Shown piece by piece: positions 25,941 to 38,493 of a stretch of DNA of 64,000 bases. The notes under the pieces were generated by a model that was not told the DNA's origin, searched no databases, and was given only the letters and a program-made list of their open reading frames with translations. The stretch is from NCBI GenBank assembly GCA_002104905.1, contig MCFE01000357.1, positions 23,900 through 87,899 of the forward strand, read 5' to 3'. Numbering within the stretch: position 1 is the stretch's first letter; each line of letters begins with the position of its first letter. A program made the position numbers and the translations under genes. The stretch comes from Basidiobolus meristosporus CBS 931.73. Taxonomy: Eukaryota; Fungi; Basidiobolomycota.

Positions 25941-28900
25941 ATGAATCCCTCATCGGCTGCGAACGGTAAAATGGAAGCATACGTCGAGCCACCCATAAAG
26001 AAACAAAAGCTATATGCTGAATACGAGCGTTCCGCGCAGAAAAACGCCGAGCTTGTACTGAAAGAAGCCGACAAATTCTACGCCCACCGCAAGGACGCGT
26101 TCCTGCTCTCACCCAGGCAGACGAATCACGAGCAATTCGAGTTGAAAGTGCTGGCGTCCTCTACCAAACAGATCCCTGGAAATTGGATATCTTCTTCACA
26201 AATCACTCTAAGTAGTAAACCCAACTCCAAGAAGCTCGTTATCAAACCACTTAAAGGTGAGTGGGTTTTGATGATTATCTGTTTTGACCTCGTTCTGAAA
26301 CTTACGCGCCCTGTTGCTATTCAGCTCCGCCCAAAGTCTCCGACGAATATATCCTAACACAGTGGGGTAGGTTAAAGCGCGCAATCAATGAAATTCAGCA
26401 GAATCAACCCCTCTCGGAGAAACTTGAGGAACTCTATCAGGTTTTACCTATTCTTTCCGTATCGTCTTGCCTGGTTTTGGCTCAACAGTTTTGACCCTTG
26501 TTGTTAAGGTGTGCCAAAATCTTTGTCACCAAAAGAAAGCAGCCTTTCTGTATGAGAAACTGGAGGTGGAGTGCCGGAACCACGTCGTCTTAGAGAAAGA
26601 GAAACTTGAGCGGTAAGTAAGCAGAATTTATATGTTGTCAAAGGCGCCTATGTTAAATTCTGTATGCTGTATTTTATAGGGACGCTTTCTTCGATGAACC
26701 GTTCTTGATAACTTTGAATGACTGTTGGACTCGATATTGTTCTCAGATGGTAAATAGCTTCTTACAATAGCATCTATAATTATGCCACTTCTAACCAGAG
26801 TCTGCGCTAGCATCTGATTCGCAGCATCTTCCTCTACCTCGATAGAACCTTTGCATTGCATACATCAGGAATGATGACTTCTTGGTAATGGCATATATGT
26901 AGTTGATGAAGAAATGGGAGATGCTAACTGGACTATTCCAGGGATATGGGATTGAGTATCTTTAATAAGTTCTTGATGACTTCCACCGAGATCCGGAAGA
27001 AGGCATTATCAGGAATCCTTAATGCTATCGAAAAAGAAAGGTTTCTATCAAGTCTAACGCACATGCTAGCCATAATGTTGAGACTAACCGTCTAAGCATG
27101 GATCAATAGCATGCCACAAGTATTGAAATCACTTCTTCGTATGTATTCCGATCTCGGAATATATCTCAATGGTTTCGAAAGACCGTTTCTAGAAGCAACA
27201 ACGCTGATCTACCGAGGGGCGGCTTCAGAGCGGATTGCTAATATGGAAATACAAGACTACCTATTGTATGTCGAGGAAAGACTGTTGAAAGAGAAAGAGC
27301 GTTGCCTACTTTATTTAGACGAGAAAACTAGGCGACCTCTAATTGAGTTGGTGGAACATGAGCTAGTCAAAAAGCACGCCAAAGCTCTACTAGAAAAAGG
27401 TAATGGTTATTCCAGCAGTCCATGTTGCAAGATCCCACCTAACATGCCACCATAGGGTTTGAAAGCCTCGTTAATACGAACGCTAGAGCAGATCTCTCCA
27501 GATTATACATACTGTTAGAGCGGGTCGGTGAATTAGAGCTGCTTCGAGCCTTCTTCGGATTTTATACCAAAGTAAGTCAAGTATACTGTCTTTGTTCGTC
27601 GAACTATAATTCACGCCGTTCCTCGATCTTTCCTATTAGCGTGTTGGCTTGCAGATTGTTACTAATCAAAACAAAGATTGTACTATGGTGCAAGACCTCC
27701 TGAATTTCAAAGAAAAATTAGACTTGATCCTCGATACATCTTTTCAAAAGAATGAGGGATTCTCCAATACTTTGAAGGATAGCTTTGAATCATTCCTCAA
27801 TATCAGGCAGCACAAACCAGCCGAGATGATCGGTATGCTCCATTATACAATATCCTACATCCAGTAACTAATTTTCTTTCGTTAGCCAAGTACATAGACT
27901 CAAAGCTTCGCTCAACCAGCAAGGTTAGTTTTCCCACCCGGTTTTATTGTTGTAAGCGGATAATAATCCCCACATAATCAAGATATCGGAGTCAGAGGTC
28001 GATGCTTTTCTCGACCAATCCTTGGTGCTCTTCCGATTTGTTCAGGGCAAAGACGTATTCGAGGCATTTTATAAACGTGATTTGGCCAAACGGCTGTTAC
28101 TGAATAAGAGCGTCTCGCTGAACGTCGAGAAATCGTTCATCTCCAAACTTAAAGCGGGTATGCTGACCATTAATAGGCCTGATTTCCGCATGGCTCTGAT
28201 GTTGTCTCCACCTTTTTTAGAATGCGGGCCTGGGTTCACGAGTAAACTTGAGGGGATGTTCAAGGATATGAATATATCCAGAGAACTTATGGATGCTTTT
28301 CACCAGGTTCATCTTCAATATACCGTCGATAATTCTACGGCTACTGACTACAGATTCCAACAAAGTCCAAAAAATACAAGGATACTTGTAAAGATACGGA
28401 GCTACATGTATCGGTACTAACTCAAGGCTTCTGGCCTGCTTATCGACCAAGCGACGCCAGATTACCGCCACAGGTAATGAAAGCATGATTCTGTATATGT
28501 AAATGATCTTGCTTATTTACTTAGTTTTGTCCCTAACCCATAGATGATGGAATACCAAGACCTGTTCAAGGATTTCTACCATAAGCGGTATCGCGGCAGA
28601 CACTTGATATGGCAATCCTCTCTTGGGTACTGCGTATTAAAGGGATATTTCCCAAAGGTACTGGTCGAGTGGTTTTCGCAATGTAAGGGAGGTGAGGCTA
28701 AAGTGGTTTGATTTTCAGGGGAACAAGGAGTTGGTGGTATCTTTGTACCAAGCCATAATTCTATTTCTGTTCAACGACGCTCAAACCCATCCCTTACGCC
28801 TGAGCTACCTTGATATATTCAAAGCCACCAACATCGGTAAGATTTGTGACCGAGAATCCAGTTTGGACGTTGGGCGTTGAGCGTATCTCATTTGTTGGTT

Positions 28901-29525
28901 TCTAGAAAAGCCTGAACTCGACAGGGCGCTTGCTTCGTTGACCCATGGCAAAACGCAGATTCTATTGAAGTACCCCAACGTACGGTTACATCCTGAACAC
29001 TCACCGTCACCTCTACACCACTAACCCTATCTAAAGAATCCTCAGATCAACAGCACAGACCTATTCGCAGTCAACGAAGAATTCACCGCCCCGTTGCTTC
29101 GTATCAAGACCAACGCGGTACAACTGGAGGAGTCTGTGGAAGATAACGCCATCACCACCGAAAAAGTCTTCCAGGATCGACAATACCAGGTAGGATCAAC
29201 GAGAATCGATTGAACCACCCCATACTGAAACCGGTCACCCCACTTAGGTCGATGCGGCCATCGTACGAATCATGAAATTCCGGAAAACCCTGGGTCATAC
29301 GGAGTTGATTAATGAACTCTTGGAACAGCTGAAATTCCCAATGAAGGTAAGGAACCCGAGCATGTCTAGCTTTAGCCCTGCGCCCCCACCCACACTCGCA
29401 CAGGCGATTAACCACTCCGAAACCTCTAGGCCACTGACCTGAAGAAGCGTATCGAATCATTGATTGATCGAGATTACCTCGAACGGGATAAATCCGACGG
29501 GAACATGTACAATTATCTTGCTTAA
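25941..29525 (+). CDS. CUL4: Cullin-4 (multi-exon)
   Basis: KKLVIKPLK; [23 protein letters not shown]; [17 protein letters not shown]; LTQGFWP; [15 protein letters not shown]; C-terminal [18 protein letters not shown]...YNYLA*. Confidence 0.93.
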
Positions 29526-29560
29526 ATGAATGTATATCAGGTTGCGAGGGTGGAATAAAA

Positions 29561-29600
29561 TGAATGAATGAATGAATGAACGAACGAACGAACGAATGAA
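29561..29600. repeat. Compound microsatellite (TGAA)5(CGAA)4(TGAA)1
   Basis: Read directly, in the CUL4 3' region. Confidence 0.95.
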
Positions 29601-29734
29601 TTAGATCACATGTGTCGGTTGGCAAATGATTTCACTTTGCTCATTCCCGTGGGAATCCATGTCACCTGAGATCTCTCCTTTGGTGAGGTTGATGAACCAA
29701 CTGGTGTGGAAGCGGCGAGCCACGCTTTTCGACC

Positions 29735-31249
29735 ATGAGACTCACAGTTTCCCCTTGGGTTAACGCACTTTCCAGAACACAATTCAGGGCCGCTGCCGTG
29801 TTACCCCGACAGGCCCAAGTAAGGCAATACTACGGTGGTGCAGGTGGTAAAGCGCTTGGAGATAGCAGCCAGGAGTGCTGGGACCTAAGAAGCGACACCG
29901 GTAGGTCCCCTTCCCCCTTCCTCTTCCCTGTCTTCACCGAGAGGCTTCCTCTCGGGTGGCCTTCGTGGACTCGGAGAACGGTTTACTGATTCCAATTGTT
30001 CCCCCCCTTCCTGCTTTGCAGTGACCGAGCCCACCGCGGCCATGTTTGAGACGATGAGACAAGCTTCCAAAGGGGACGACGTGTTCGGGGTAAGTTTTTC
30101 CAAGGGTGTCCGCGCGCTCTGACAACCCGTCCCGTGGAGGGAGCGCCTGGAAACGGTCACCCCGCTCCTTGGCCGCCCCTCGCCACCCCTCCCTTCCCAC
30201 CGCTCACCTTGATTTTTTAGGAGGATCGGTGCGTTACCGGGTTCGAAAGCAGAGTGGCCCGACTGGCCGGTCACGAGGCGGCCCTGTTTTGTACCTCCGG
30301 TACACTTACCAACCAACTTGGCCTTCGGACCCACCTGAGGGATCCCCCGCAGTCCGTGCTGTGCGATAGCAGAGCGCACGTGTACGTCTACGAGGCAGGC
30401 GGGATCTCCTTTCACTCCCAGGCCAGCGTGACCCCGGTCGTGGCCAGTAACGGGGTGCACCTGACATCGGAGGAGGTCCTGGAGAATTTGATCGGGGAGG
30501 ATGTACACAACGCACCTACGAAGGTGGTTTCCCTGGAGAACACCTGCAACGGAATGATCTTTCCCCTCGACGAGATCAAGTAAGTGCGGCTTGGGTGTAC
30601 GGCCCTGCGACGGGGAAAGGACCTGGCGGTATCGGTGGGCTAACGTTTGTGATTTAGGAAGATCCGAGCCCTGACCAAGGAGAGAGGGATCAAACTCCAT
30701 CTAGACGGGGCGCGTCTGTGGAATGCCTCGGTGGCCGAGAACATCCCCATCTCGGAGTATGGCGCGCAGTTCGACTCGATGTCGTTGTGTTTCTCGAAAG
30801 GCCTGGGCGCACCCATCGGCTCGGTCCTGGTGGGGGACACCATGTTCATCCGGAAGGCGCGTCACTTTCGCAAACTGTTCGGCGGCGGCTGGAGACAGGC
30901 GGGTATGCTGGCCGCGGCCGGGGAGTATTGCCTCGACGAGCATCTGCCGAGACTCGGCCTTGACCACCGGAGGGCGCGTGGGCTGGCGGAGAGGCTGGCC
31001 CGGTTAGGCTTCCAGCTGGTCTACCCAGTTCACACAAATATGGTCTTCTTCAGCAGCGAGTCGGTTGGTGTCCCGATGGGGGACATCATCGAGGCGCTGG
31101 AGCAGAACCATGTCCGTATCATGGACTACGGTAAGAACCGGGCCAGGGTGGTGTTCCATCATCAGGTCCCAGATGAGGCGGTGACGAGGATCGCAGATGT
31201 TCTGGAGCGGATGGTAAGGAGCGGCAAGAACAAACCTGCCACCGACTAA
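29735..31249 (+). CDS. GLY1: Low-specificity L-threonine aldolase with a probable mitochondrial presequence (multi-exon)
   Basis: DLRSDT|VTEPT, GDDVFG|ED, ALFCTSGTLTNQL, LENTCNG, HLDGARLWNA, PLP-lysine motif SLCFSKGLGAPIGS. Confidence 0.93.
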
Positions 31250-31497
31250 TGTGGTGCGTATCGTCCACTTCTGCCAACAAAAAACGGAATAAATCGCGGC
31301 GACCCCACGTTCGGGAGGGGAAGCGTGCCCACTGCTACGTAGAAATCAAGGGATCACTTGTGGTGGATACCGGTGGTTTTATTCGTTTGGCGAGGGGAGA
31401 ATGGACATGTATGCATCGAGTAAGCTTGGTACATAAAGAAAGATTATATTACATAAAGGGACGGTTCTCTCATGCTGGGTTGGCCAGTTTCCTGTTG

Positions 31498-32064
31498 CTA
31501 CGAGTCACCGCCTGAAGTCCTCTGGACTTTGGCCTCTCCGGGCACGTTGATTGTGTCATTCTCCACCGCGCGCACCGCCTCGTCCACCAGCCCCGACTCC
31601 TCGTCGTCGAGCCAGTCCTGTTTGGGCGGAGAGGGGTGTTTCTTGGAGGCGCCTAGGGATTGCGCCTGAACCCCTTGCACGTTCGAGTCGGATGGGGCGC
31701 TGAAGGTCTCCTGCTTCGCCACACGGATGGCCTCTTTGGCGTACTCACTGTCCTCGTCGGAGCTCATCCAATCCTTCTGGATGTTCTCGGGAGAGAGGGA
31801 GGAAGGGGCGTCGGTCGTCTCCTCGACCACCGTTTCCCTATCCCCCATGGACTCGACCACCGTCTCACCGGGGATGTTGATGGTCTCCTCGGATATGGAG
31901 CGAATCGCCTCTTGGGCGTAGCCGCCATCCTCGGCGTCCATCCAATCCTTTTGGTCCGCGGGACGGGTGGGTTTCCCGGAGTAGAGGCGAGGCACAAGTA
32001 GCGGTCGGGCGGGGACCCTTGCGAGGTGGGGGTAGATGCGGAGGGGATTTCTTACGGGGAACAT
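31498..32064 (-). CDS. Uncharacterised acidic protein with a mitochondrial-type N-terminus and three internal repeats
   Basis: Intronless 188 aa from ATG 32064; Arg-rich leader MFPVRNPLRIYPHLARVPARPLLVPRLYS; three copies of QKDW(M/L)xx(D/E)ExxY(A)xEA(I/V)R. Confidence 0.7.
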   Translation of the reverse strand: MFPVRNPLRIYPHLARVPARPLLVPRLYSGKPTRPADQKDWMDAEDGGYAQEAIRSISEETINIPGETVVESMGDRETVVEETTDAPSSLSPENIQKDWMSSDEDSEYAKEAIRVAKQETFSAPSDSNVQGVQAQSLGASKKHPSPPKQDWLDDEESGLVDEAVRAVENDTINVPGEAKVQRTSGGDS

Positions 32065-32673
32065 GGTGTCGAAGTGAATGTGGGGGATTCCTTTGGGCAC
32101 TGGAGCTGGTTTATATCATCCCCTGAGCATCACCCACCCAAGGGAAGATGGGACGCGCCGAGAGATTGCGCAATCCAATCCGAGCCCGACCCATTACTTT
32201 GTGATGACGCATCTCAAGGGTGAGGTGTTGGTTCCCGGACGACCCACTCCTATTTGTCACTGTTGGTGTCATGCTGAACTATAGTTCAGGGCTCACCTCG
32301 ACACGACCAGTCATTCGTCCCCTCACCCTCACCCATGCCATCACTCTCACTCTCACTCCCACTCCCACCCTCTCCCTCTTCCTCGTCATATTTGGGTGGC
32401 AGCAGCCGCGAGCCCGGTTCACCTCAACCGAGGACCACCATCGCAACAACCACTGCCCACCCCACTCGTCAGCGCAGAAAAACAACAAATAAATCCACAT
32501 ACAAAATCATCAGCAATATATATTTTTGGCAATTTTCTTGGGTTGGTTCCAGTTCAACGATACTAACGGGATAGGATCTACGTGAAGCGGAAATGGATTA
32601 TGGTTCATTTTGCGTAGAGGGGAAGGTAAAGGTGGAGGTGGAGGTGGAGGTGGTGGAGGGTGGGTGTGGTCGT

Positions 32674-34393
32674 CTAGGCATTGGCATTGGTGGCTGCGTT
32701 GGTGGTGATGCTGACGGTGGCGTTCCCATTGGCATTCACACTGGACTGAGCGATCACCTTGGCGTTGGAGACCACCTTCAAGATATCCGACAACGATTGC
32801 TTCCAGCCCTTCATCTTGGCACCGAGCTCTTCCCAGTCCTTTGTGGTGAAGACACGACGAGTGGAACGGCTGTGGATGGGATGGGGGTTAGTGAAACACG
32901 GTCTTCATGCTGGCTGGCCGGTGGCGGCAACGTACCTGATGGTGACGGTCTCGTTGAGTTGGTTGAGCTTGGCTTCGATCAATCCGGCGCGTACAACTGG
33001 TTTGGTCGGTAAGTATCAGGTGGGAATGGATAGATTCAGTGGTGCTTACCATCGATGACCCAGAACTCAACCTCGTCGGCGTCGATCTTGAGTGCGTCAC
33101 AGACTGCACTGTAGGAGAGTTCGTTTCCGAGATGCTCCGAGCCCAGGGAGGCAAGGGTCAACATACGGATCTTGTTGATGTTGTCTTCCTCATTGAAACC
33201 TAGCGAGATTCCGGGAGATCAGTGGGGTGACCGGAGAGAAGCGGGTGACATCCCCCTCGACTTACCGAACTCTTGAACAGCCTGGCCGTTCTCCGCCACG
33301 AATTGGTTGTACTCTGTGAGGCTGCCGTTCAGGAAGATGTTCATCAGCTTGAAGATGGTCTCGCCCTGGAGGAGTTGGACGGAGGGCATCTTGGACAGAT
33401 CCTCGAATTGGAACACTCCGGGCATTTTGATGGCGTCGACGATGGCCTTCTTGGCGAATGGCTTAGCCTCCTCGGCATCCGAGTCGAATGAGGCGAGGTA
33501 CTTGAGGGCGTATTCGTAGGATTGCTTACTAGAAAAGAGGACGCCCGGTAAGTAGAGATTCCAAGGTGGATATGCACTGCAGGTCGATCCTACTAGTATT
33601 GAGCTGTGTTCAATTTCTCACTCAAAAGGAGATACAATTCACGGATCTGGCTCTTGGAAGCACCCCACTGCTGAAGCCACGAGTCCACAGACTTGAGCTG
33701 GGAAGCAACGGCCTCCATACGGTTGTTTTGGGAGGCGACGTTGACGACGGCAACAAAGAGGGTGTAGCGAAGTGGGAAGGTGGCAGGCAAAACGTTGAAG
33801 TAGTTCGAGAGGCTAACAGGGAGAGGAAACCAGTTTAGTTGACTTGGCTAGGCTACGTAAGCACAACGGACGCAGTCTTACATTTGCATTCTGACACTGG
33901 CTTTCCCTTCGGCCTTGACCAAAGCCTCGATCAACTTTTGAAGGAGGGCTTCGGATGAGGCGGCTTTGCTACCAACGATCACGGCCAACAAATGGTTGAA
34001 GGCGAGCTCGGTTTCTGGGTACAAGTGGCTGGGGTTAGTAAGGGTGCGGCAAGCAGAAGAGAACTGTACTTCAGGTACCTTGGTCATCAAGGGTGAGAAG
34101 AAGGTCGCTCTCGTCGACGAACTTTTGGTAAACTTCGTCGAACTTCTCGGAATCGACGAGGGCCTTGATTTCCAAGTAGTATGGAGAGTTCTCGTTTTCT
34201 TCTCCCTTGATATCGCTGACGTAGGAGGCGAAATCCAAAGCCTGCATAGACACATACATGGGGTTAAAACGGAGCCAGGCGAAGAAGGTTGAAGCGGGCC
34301 CCCCAAAAGTGCTTGGGCCCGCCTCGTCATAGCTTAGGCAGGTACCTGAACGTCCGGGCTTCCCTCAACAAAGATGGTGTTTACGTTCTCCAT
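32674..34393 (-). CDS. EIF3M: Translation initiation factor eIF3 subunit M (PCI domain, multi-exon)
   Basis: MENVNTIFVEGSPDVQ|ALDFASY; IKMPGVFQFEDL; NINKIRMLTLASL; EVEFWVID...AGLIEAKLNQLNETV. Confidence 0.85.
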
Positions 34394-34659
34394 TTCGAAA
34401 ATAGAACCTGATAGCTTTCTACTTAGCTTACGCAAAATAAAGCTAATCGCAAAGCTCGCGTACTCAGCGAGGTTCCTTTTTTCAGGCAAGAAAAAAATCT
34501 CCCCTCCCAACGAAAAAAAAGAATCAAATGGTGGTGATATTCCCAGCAAAACTGGATCAAAAAAATTCTCGATTTGTTCAGCGGTTCAGGATTGCGATCA
34601 AATTTGCTCGGATCAAGCGATCTCCCTTTATTTATATTACAGATGGGCTCACGAGGGTG

Positions 34660-34715
34660 GGATAGTATGGCTAGGATAGTATCGCTAGGATAGTATCGCT
34701 AGGATAATATTGCTA
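34660..34715. repeat. Minisatellite, 4 x 14 bp (GGATAGTATCGCTA)
   Basis: Units start at 34660, 34674, 34688 and 34702. Confidence 0.9.
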
Positions 34716-34750
34716 GAAGTATATTTGTCTAGTAATTCATTACAGAAGCG

Positions 34751-35067
34751 TCATGCTTCGCTGGTCTGTTTGAGGAAGGGTTGAGTTTGACATTGGTTCG
34801 TTGGTGAGCTTCTCAATGCGAAAGGTACCTGTAGCTTCTTTCCTTCGCGGCGAAGTTCCTTGATGACCGCCGCTAAAGCATCCGGGTTTACCCCGTTCTC
34901 AAGTAAAGTCATGCACAGGCTGAGCGTCTCACGGTCCAAGCCTGTCCCTAGAAGCTTGGAAATATCATTTACAACTGGAAGTTGGATCAGTACACTGTCA
35001 TATTCTTATTGTTTTATTGCCTACTTTCAAAGGTCTCTCGCATATCGCGGCTGCGTTGATCCTCCAT
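34751..35067 (-). CDS. MZT1: Mitotic-spindle organizing protein 1 (MOZART1)
   Basis: MEDQRSRDMRETFE|xVNDISKLLGTGLDRETLSLCMTLLENGVNPDALAAVIKELRRE; intron 35024-34975. Confidence 0.9.
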
Positions 35068-35302
35068 CTTGTGCAAGTTTAAGTGTTCTCTCGGCTTCAC
35101 CAATGGTTTGGCTGAAGTGTGGTTTATTTACTGGATTATTTAGAAGGATGGTGTTGTCGGTAGGGACCAACCCCATTTCTGGCCCATCCTGAATAATCAT
35201 CACCGAGAATTTTTTCAAACTGTTTAACTTAGCCACCGCGGAAATAAAGCAAAAGCGGTCCTTCAAGAGTTTGGGTTGTTTAGGCGGACCGAGGCGGAAA
35301 CC

Positions 35303-36716
35303 ATGGCAAGCAAACTAGTTATTCCCAAGTTGAGAGACACTTTTCTGTATGATCGGAAGATCAACTGGTTTCCCGGCCACATGGCAAAGGGCTTGAGAAT
35401 CATACAGGAGAAATTAAACTCCATTGACATTATCGTGGAAGCTAGAGACGCAAGGATATCCTTTTGTTTGACTGGTTGTGAATCATTGGCATTTATGTGG
35501 CGCATCCTTGACTTGAATTTTCTTACATTCCAGTCTCCTCCATTAACCCACGGTTTGAGGAGGTTGTCGGGAAGAAAGAGCGCCTCGTGGTATATAACAA
35601 AGCGGACTTGGCCGACCCCAAGACGCAAAAAGTATGTTCCTCCGTGCCCGGGTGACTAGTGTTTACTTGCTAATCCTCCCCACTAGCCCATCACCGAAGC
35701 CATAAAAAAATACCACGGACACAAGGTTCTGTTCACGAACGCGAACCAAGACATGAACGTGAAGAAAATCATCAAAATGGCTGCAGGTTCGTCCCCCCCC
35801 ATCGCCATATATTCAGCATGTCTATTGACGGTAGCGTCGCAGAGAAATCCAAGAAAAATCCCCTCGAATTTCCCTTCGTTAATGTCATGATTGTGGGGAT
35901 GCCAAATGTAGGCAAATCCTCGCTGATTAATTCCATGCGCCGAGTAGGCTTAAACAAAGGTTCATTAGACTTCTGAGCAATGCCCAGGATCGACTCATAA
36001 ACACTTAACACGACTGAATTCTCTAGGCAAAGCGGCCAGAACAGGACCGATGCCCGGCGTTACACGCAAAGTAATTGGCACAGTTAAAGTGTGGGATGAC
36101 CCACCAGTCTATCTGTTCGACACTCCAGGCGTAATGATTCCCCATATCCCTGACCCCCTGACCTCGCTGAAGGTCGCATTGACAGGTATATAAAGCAGGA
36201 CTCTTTGGGTGGATGTCAGTGTGACTAATAGGCTTCGTAAGGTGGCATCCGCGACCATATCGCTGATGAAGAGATTATGGCGGATTATTTGCTTTATCAA
36301 CTAAATAGGTTTGGGAATTTAAGGTAAGGGCCATGTTCGAAATCAGGCGAACCTTCTACTAATGGCGCGGTGGTTTTAGCTATGTTGATATGTTCAAGAT
36401 GTCTGAGCCTACCGACGATATTTCGGTGGTTTTACCGGCCGTGGCAAAACGCATCGGGGCATTACACAAAGGGGCAGAACCGGACCTAACTGCCGGTGCG
36501 CGCTATTTCATAAAGCAATATCGTGACGGAAAGTTTGGTAGATACACGCTGGATGACTGTAGCCCCTCGGCGCTAGACAGATTTTTCACCGAACCATCCA
36601 TTTTCAAGGTGGAGAAAAGTAGACATCAGCTGAAGAAGGAGGCCTTTGCTGAGAAAATGGCAAAGATCATGAATAGAAGAGAAATCCGTCGAAAGAAGAT
36701 GGCTGGTGAATCTTAG
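35303..36716 (+). CDS. MTG1: Mitochondrial ribosome-associated GTPase 1 (RbgA/YlqF family, multi-exon)
   Basis: [64 protein letters not shown]. Confidence 0.92.
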
Positions 36717-36779
36717 ATAGTTGCATTGTATTTCCTTTTTGTAAAAGCCCCGATAAATACTCGTCCCAGTCGGAATTGG

Positions 36780-37716
36780 CTATTCGAGAATAGGCAAAAA
36801 CTAGATTGCAAGGAGGCGTCAATATGATGTTGTTGGGGATTCCCATTATTTTGCTTACATTTCCAACAATAGCAAGAGGGATATCGAATATATCTCTCTT
36901 GAAAGTGAAGCAGAATGCGCAGGGAACAACCCTCCCAGCAGGCGTAACCAGATTGCATTTTATCTGGACAGATTGCTCAGAGTTGTCAAAAGCGTGCACC
37001 GCGAAATGGTCCCAGTAACTTATCGCGGACTTACTGTCCATCAGCTACCATTCAAAGTTCATATCATGGGGAGAAGGTGAGGCTACGAAAACTGAACATA
37101 CCTCATAAATGTACGTCGGCTTTCGGAGAAGGTCGTCTCTAGACCACTGCGTCAAGAAGGAGAATTCTTTCCCAACCAGCGCAAGTTGGCCGGTTCGCCG
37201 CCAGACAGCAGTTGGGGTCCCTGAGAAACTAATCATCTTCTCATACTCCTAATCAAAGCAGGGTAAATCAGTCACATTTGGCCGGACGATTACATCCAAC
37301 TGACGCATACGAACTAGTATAACTCTCTGGAACCCTTTTTCCATGTATATCATGTCTTCCTCGGTCAAGTTCTTAACGAGAGCAATGAATGATGGTCGAA
37401 ACACTGCAAAAGCTTTGCAAATATGAATGACCTCCTCCTTTGTCATCCTAGAAACTCCATGAATATCAATTGATGCGTGCATATCTGGCTTTGAATCCGA
37501 CCTTGCTTTGATATAGCGAAAGAGATGGTGATATCCCTCTGTATAATTGTATGGGGCCGTGGGATTGTGATAAATAGCACTAACGGCTGGTACAACGTTG
37601 GTTGGACTCCGATTTCCCTGCTTGATACGCAACAAATTATTGTCAGGAACACTCTCAGAAACGCTCCCCCAACCAGTATTAGCCATATTCTCAGCTGGGT
37701 TGACCAACATGTACAA
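36780..37716 (-). CDS. PAS-domain protein of the AcuK/AcuM (Ert1/Rds2/Gsm1) family; N-terminus unresolved
   Basis: [81 protein letters not shown]|FLPILE*. Confidence 0.85.
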
Positions 37717-38134
37717 TATCGAACTGAGCTGCTAGGTAAAGGGTGTGACCGCTGACAACAATGTTAGACCCAACAAGAGTACGCTTTATAGGTGCAAATT
37801 GTAAGCTTATGCTTGGGCCAGGAAGGGAGACATTTCGACTTACTCTTGCGAGGTTTGATGTTGTTCGTTTGTAAGAGCTGCTACTGGTTAGGGGTCGACG
37901 CTTTTCACGGTTTGAAGCTCTCCGCCATAATAAACGTCCTTCAAACTTGTTATCAAGGAGAGTGCTCGGAAAGAGCCGGAATGGGCTACCTTGAGATAAG
38001 GGCCAAGGTGTCGAAACCAGGAATTTAGAAACTCATCATGTGATCTAGCTACCTCATTCACATCATCCATCCATCCATGAACCATTTTCGTACATAATTG
38101 TTACGAATATCTACTGGAACCTGGAGCTCTCGAT

Positions 38135-38176
38135 GTGTACCGGATTGTGTACTAAATCGTGTACCAAATCGTGTAC
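38135..38176. repeat. Four GTGTAC motifs at exact 12-bp spacing in a divergent intergenic region
   Basis: GTGTAC at 38135, 38147, 38159 and 38171. Confidence 0.85.
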
Positions 38177-38493
38177 TGAATACATAAAGCCCCTATCATG
38201 GACAGTGTTGCACGATCATTCGCTCACCAACAAGGTGTTTTGAAAGGCCTCTTCTACGCCATATTCCTTTAGAGGGAAAAGATCTATTATCATGGATTGA
38301 AAGAGAATACTGTATTACATCATTCATGACGAGATGGGCCAGTTTTCCTTGAAGGGTTGAACCAATACAAATGTTCCATCTGATTTCATTTGTTTCGTAC
38401 ACAAACGGATACTGAAGGGATTTTAGAATTTATATTAAATCCGTTTTCTGGCGAGCAGGAGGGTTTTGTTTTTTTCAGTCGGCTGTATTGACC

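Noticed and set aside
25941-29525. CUL4 (heterochromatin/DNA-methylation ligase scaffold) lying near a heterochromatin boundary
   Set aside because: No mechanistic reason for its position to matter; treated as coincidence.
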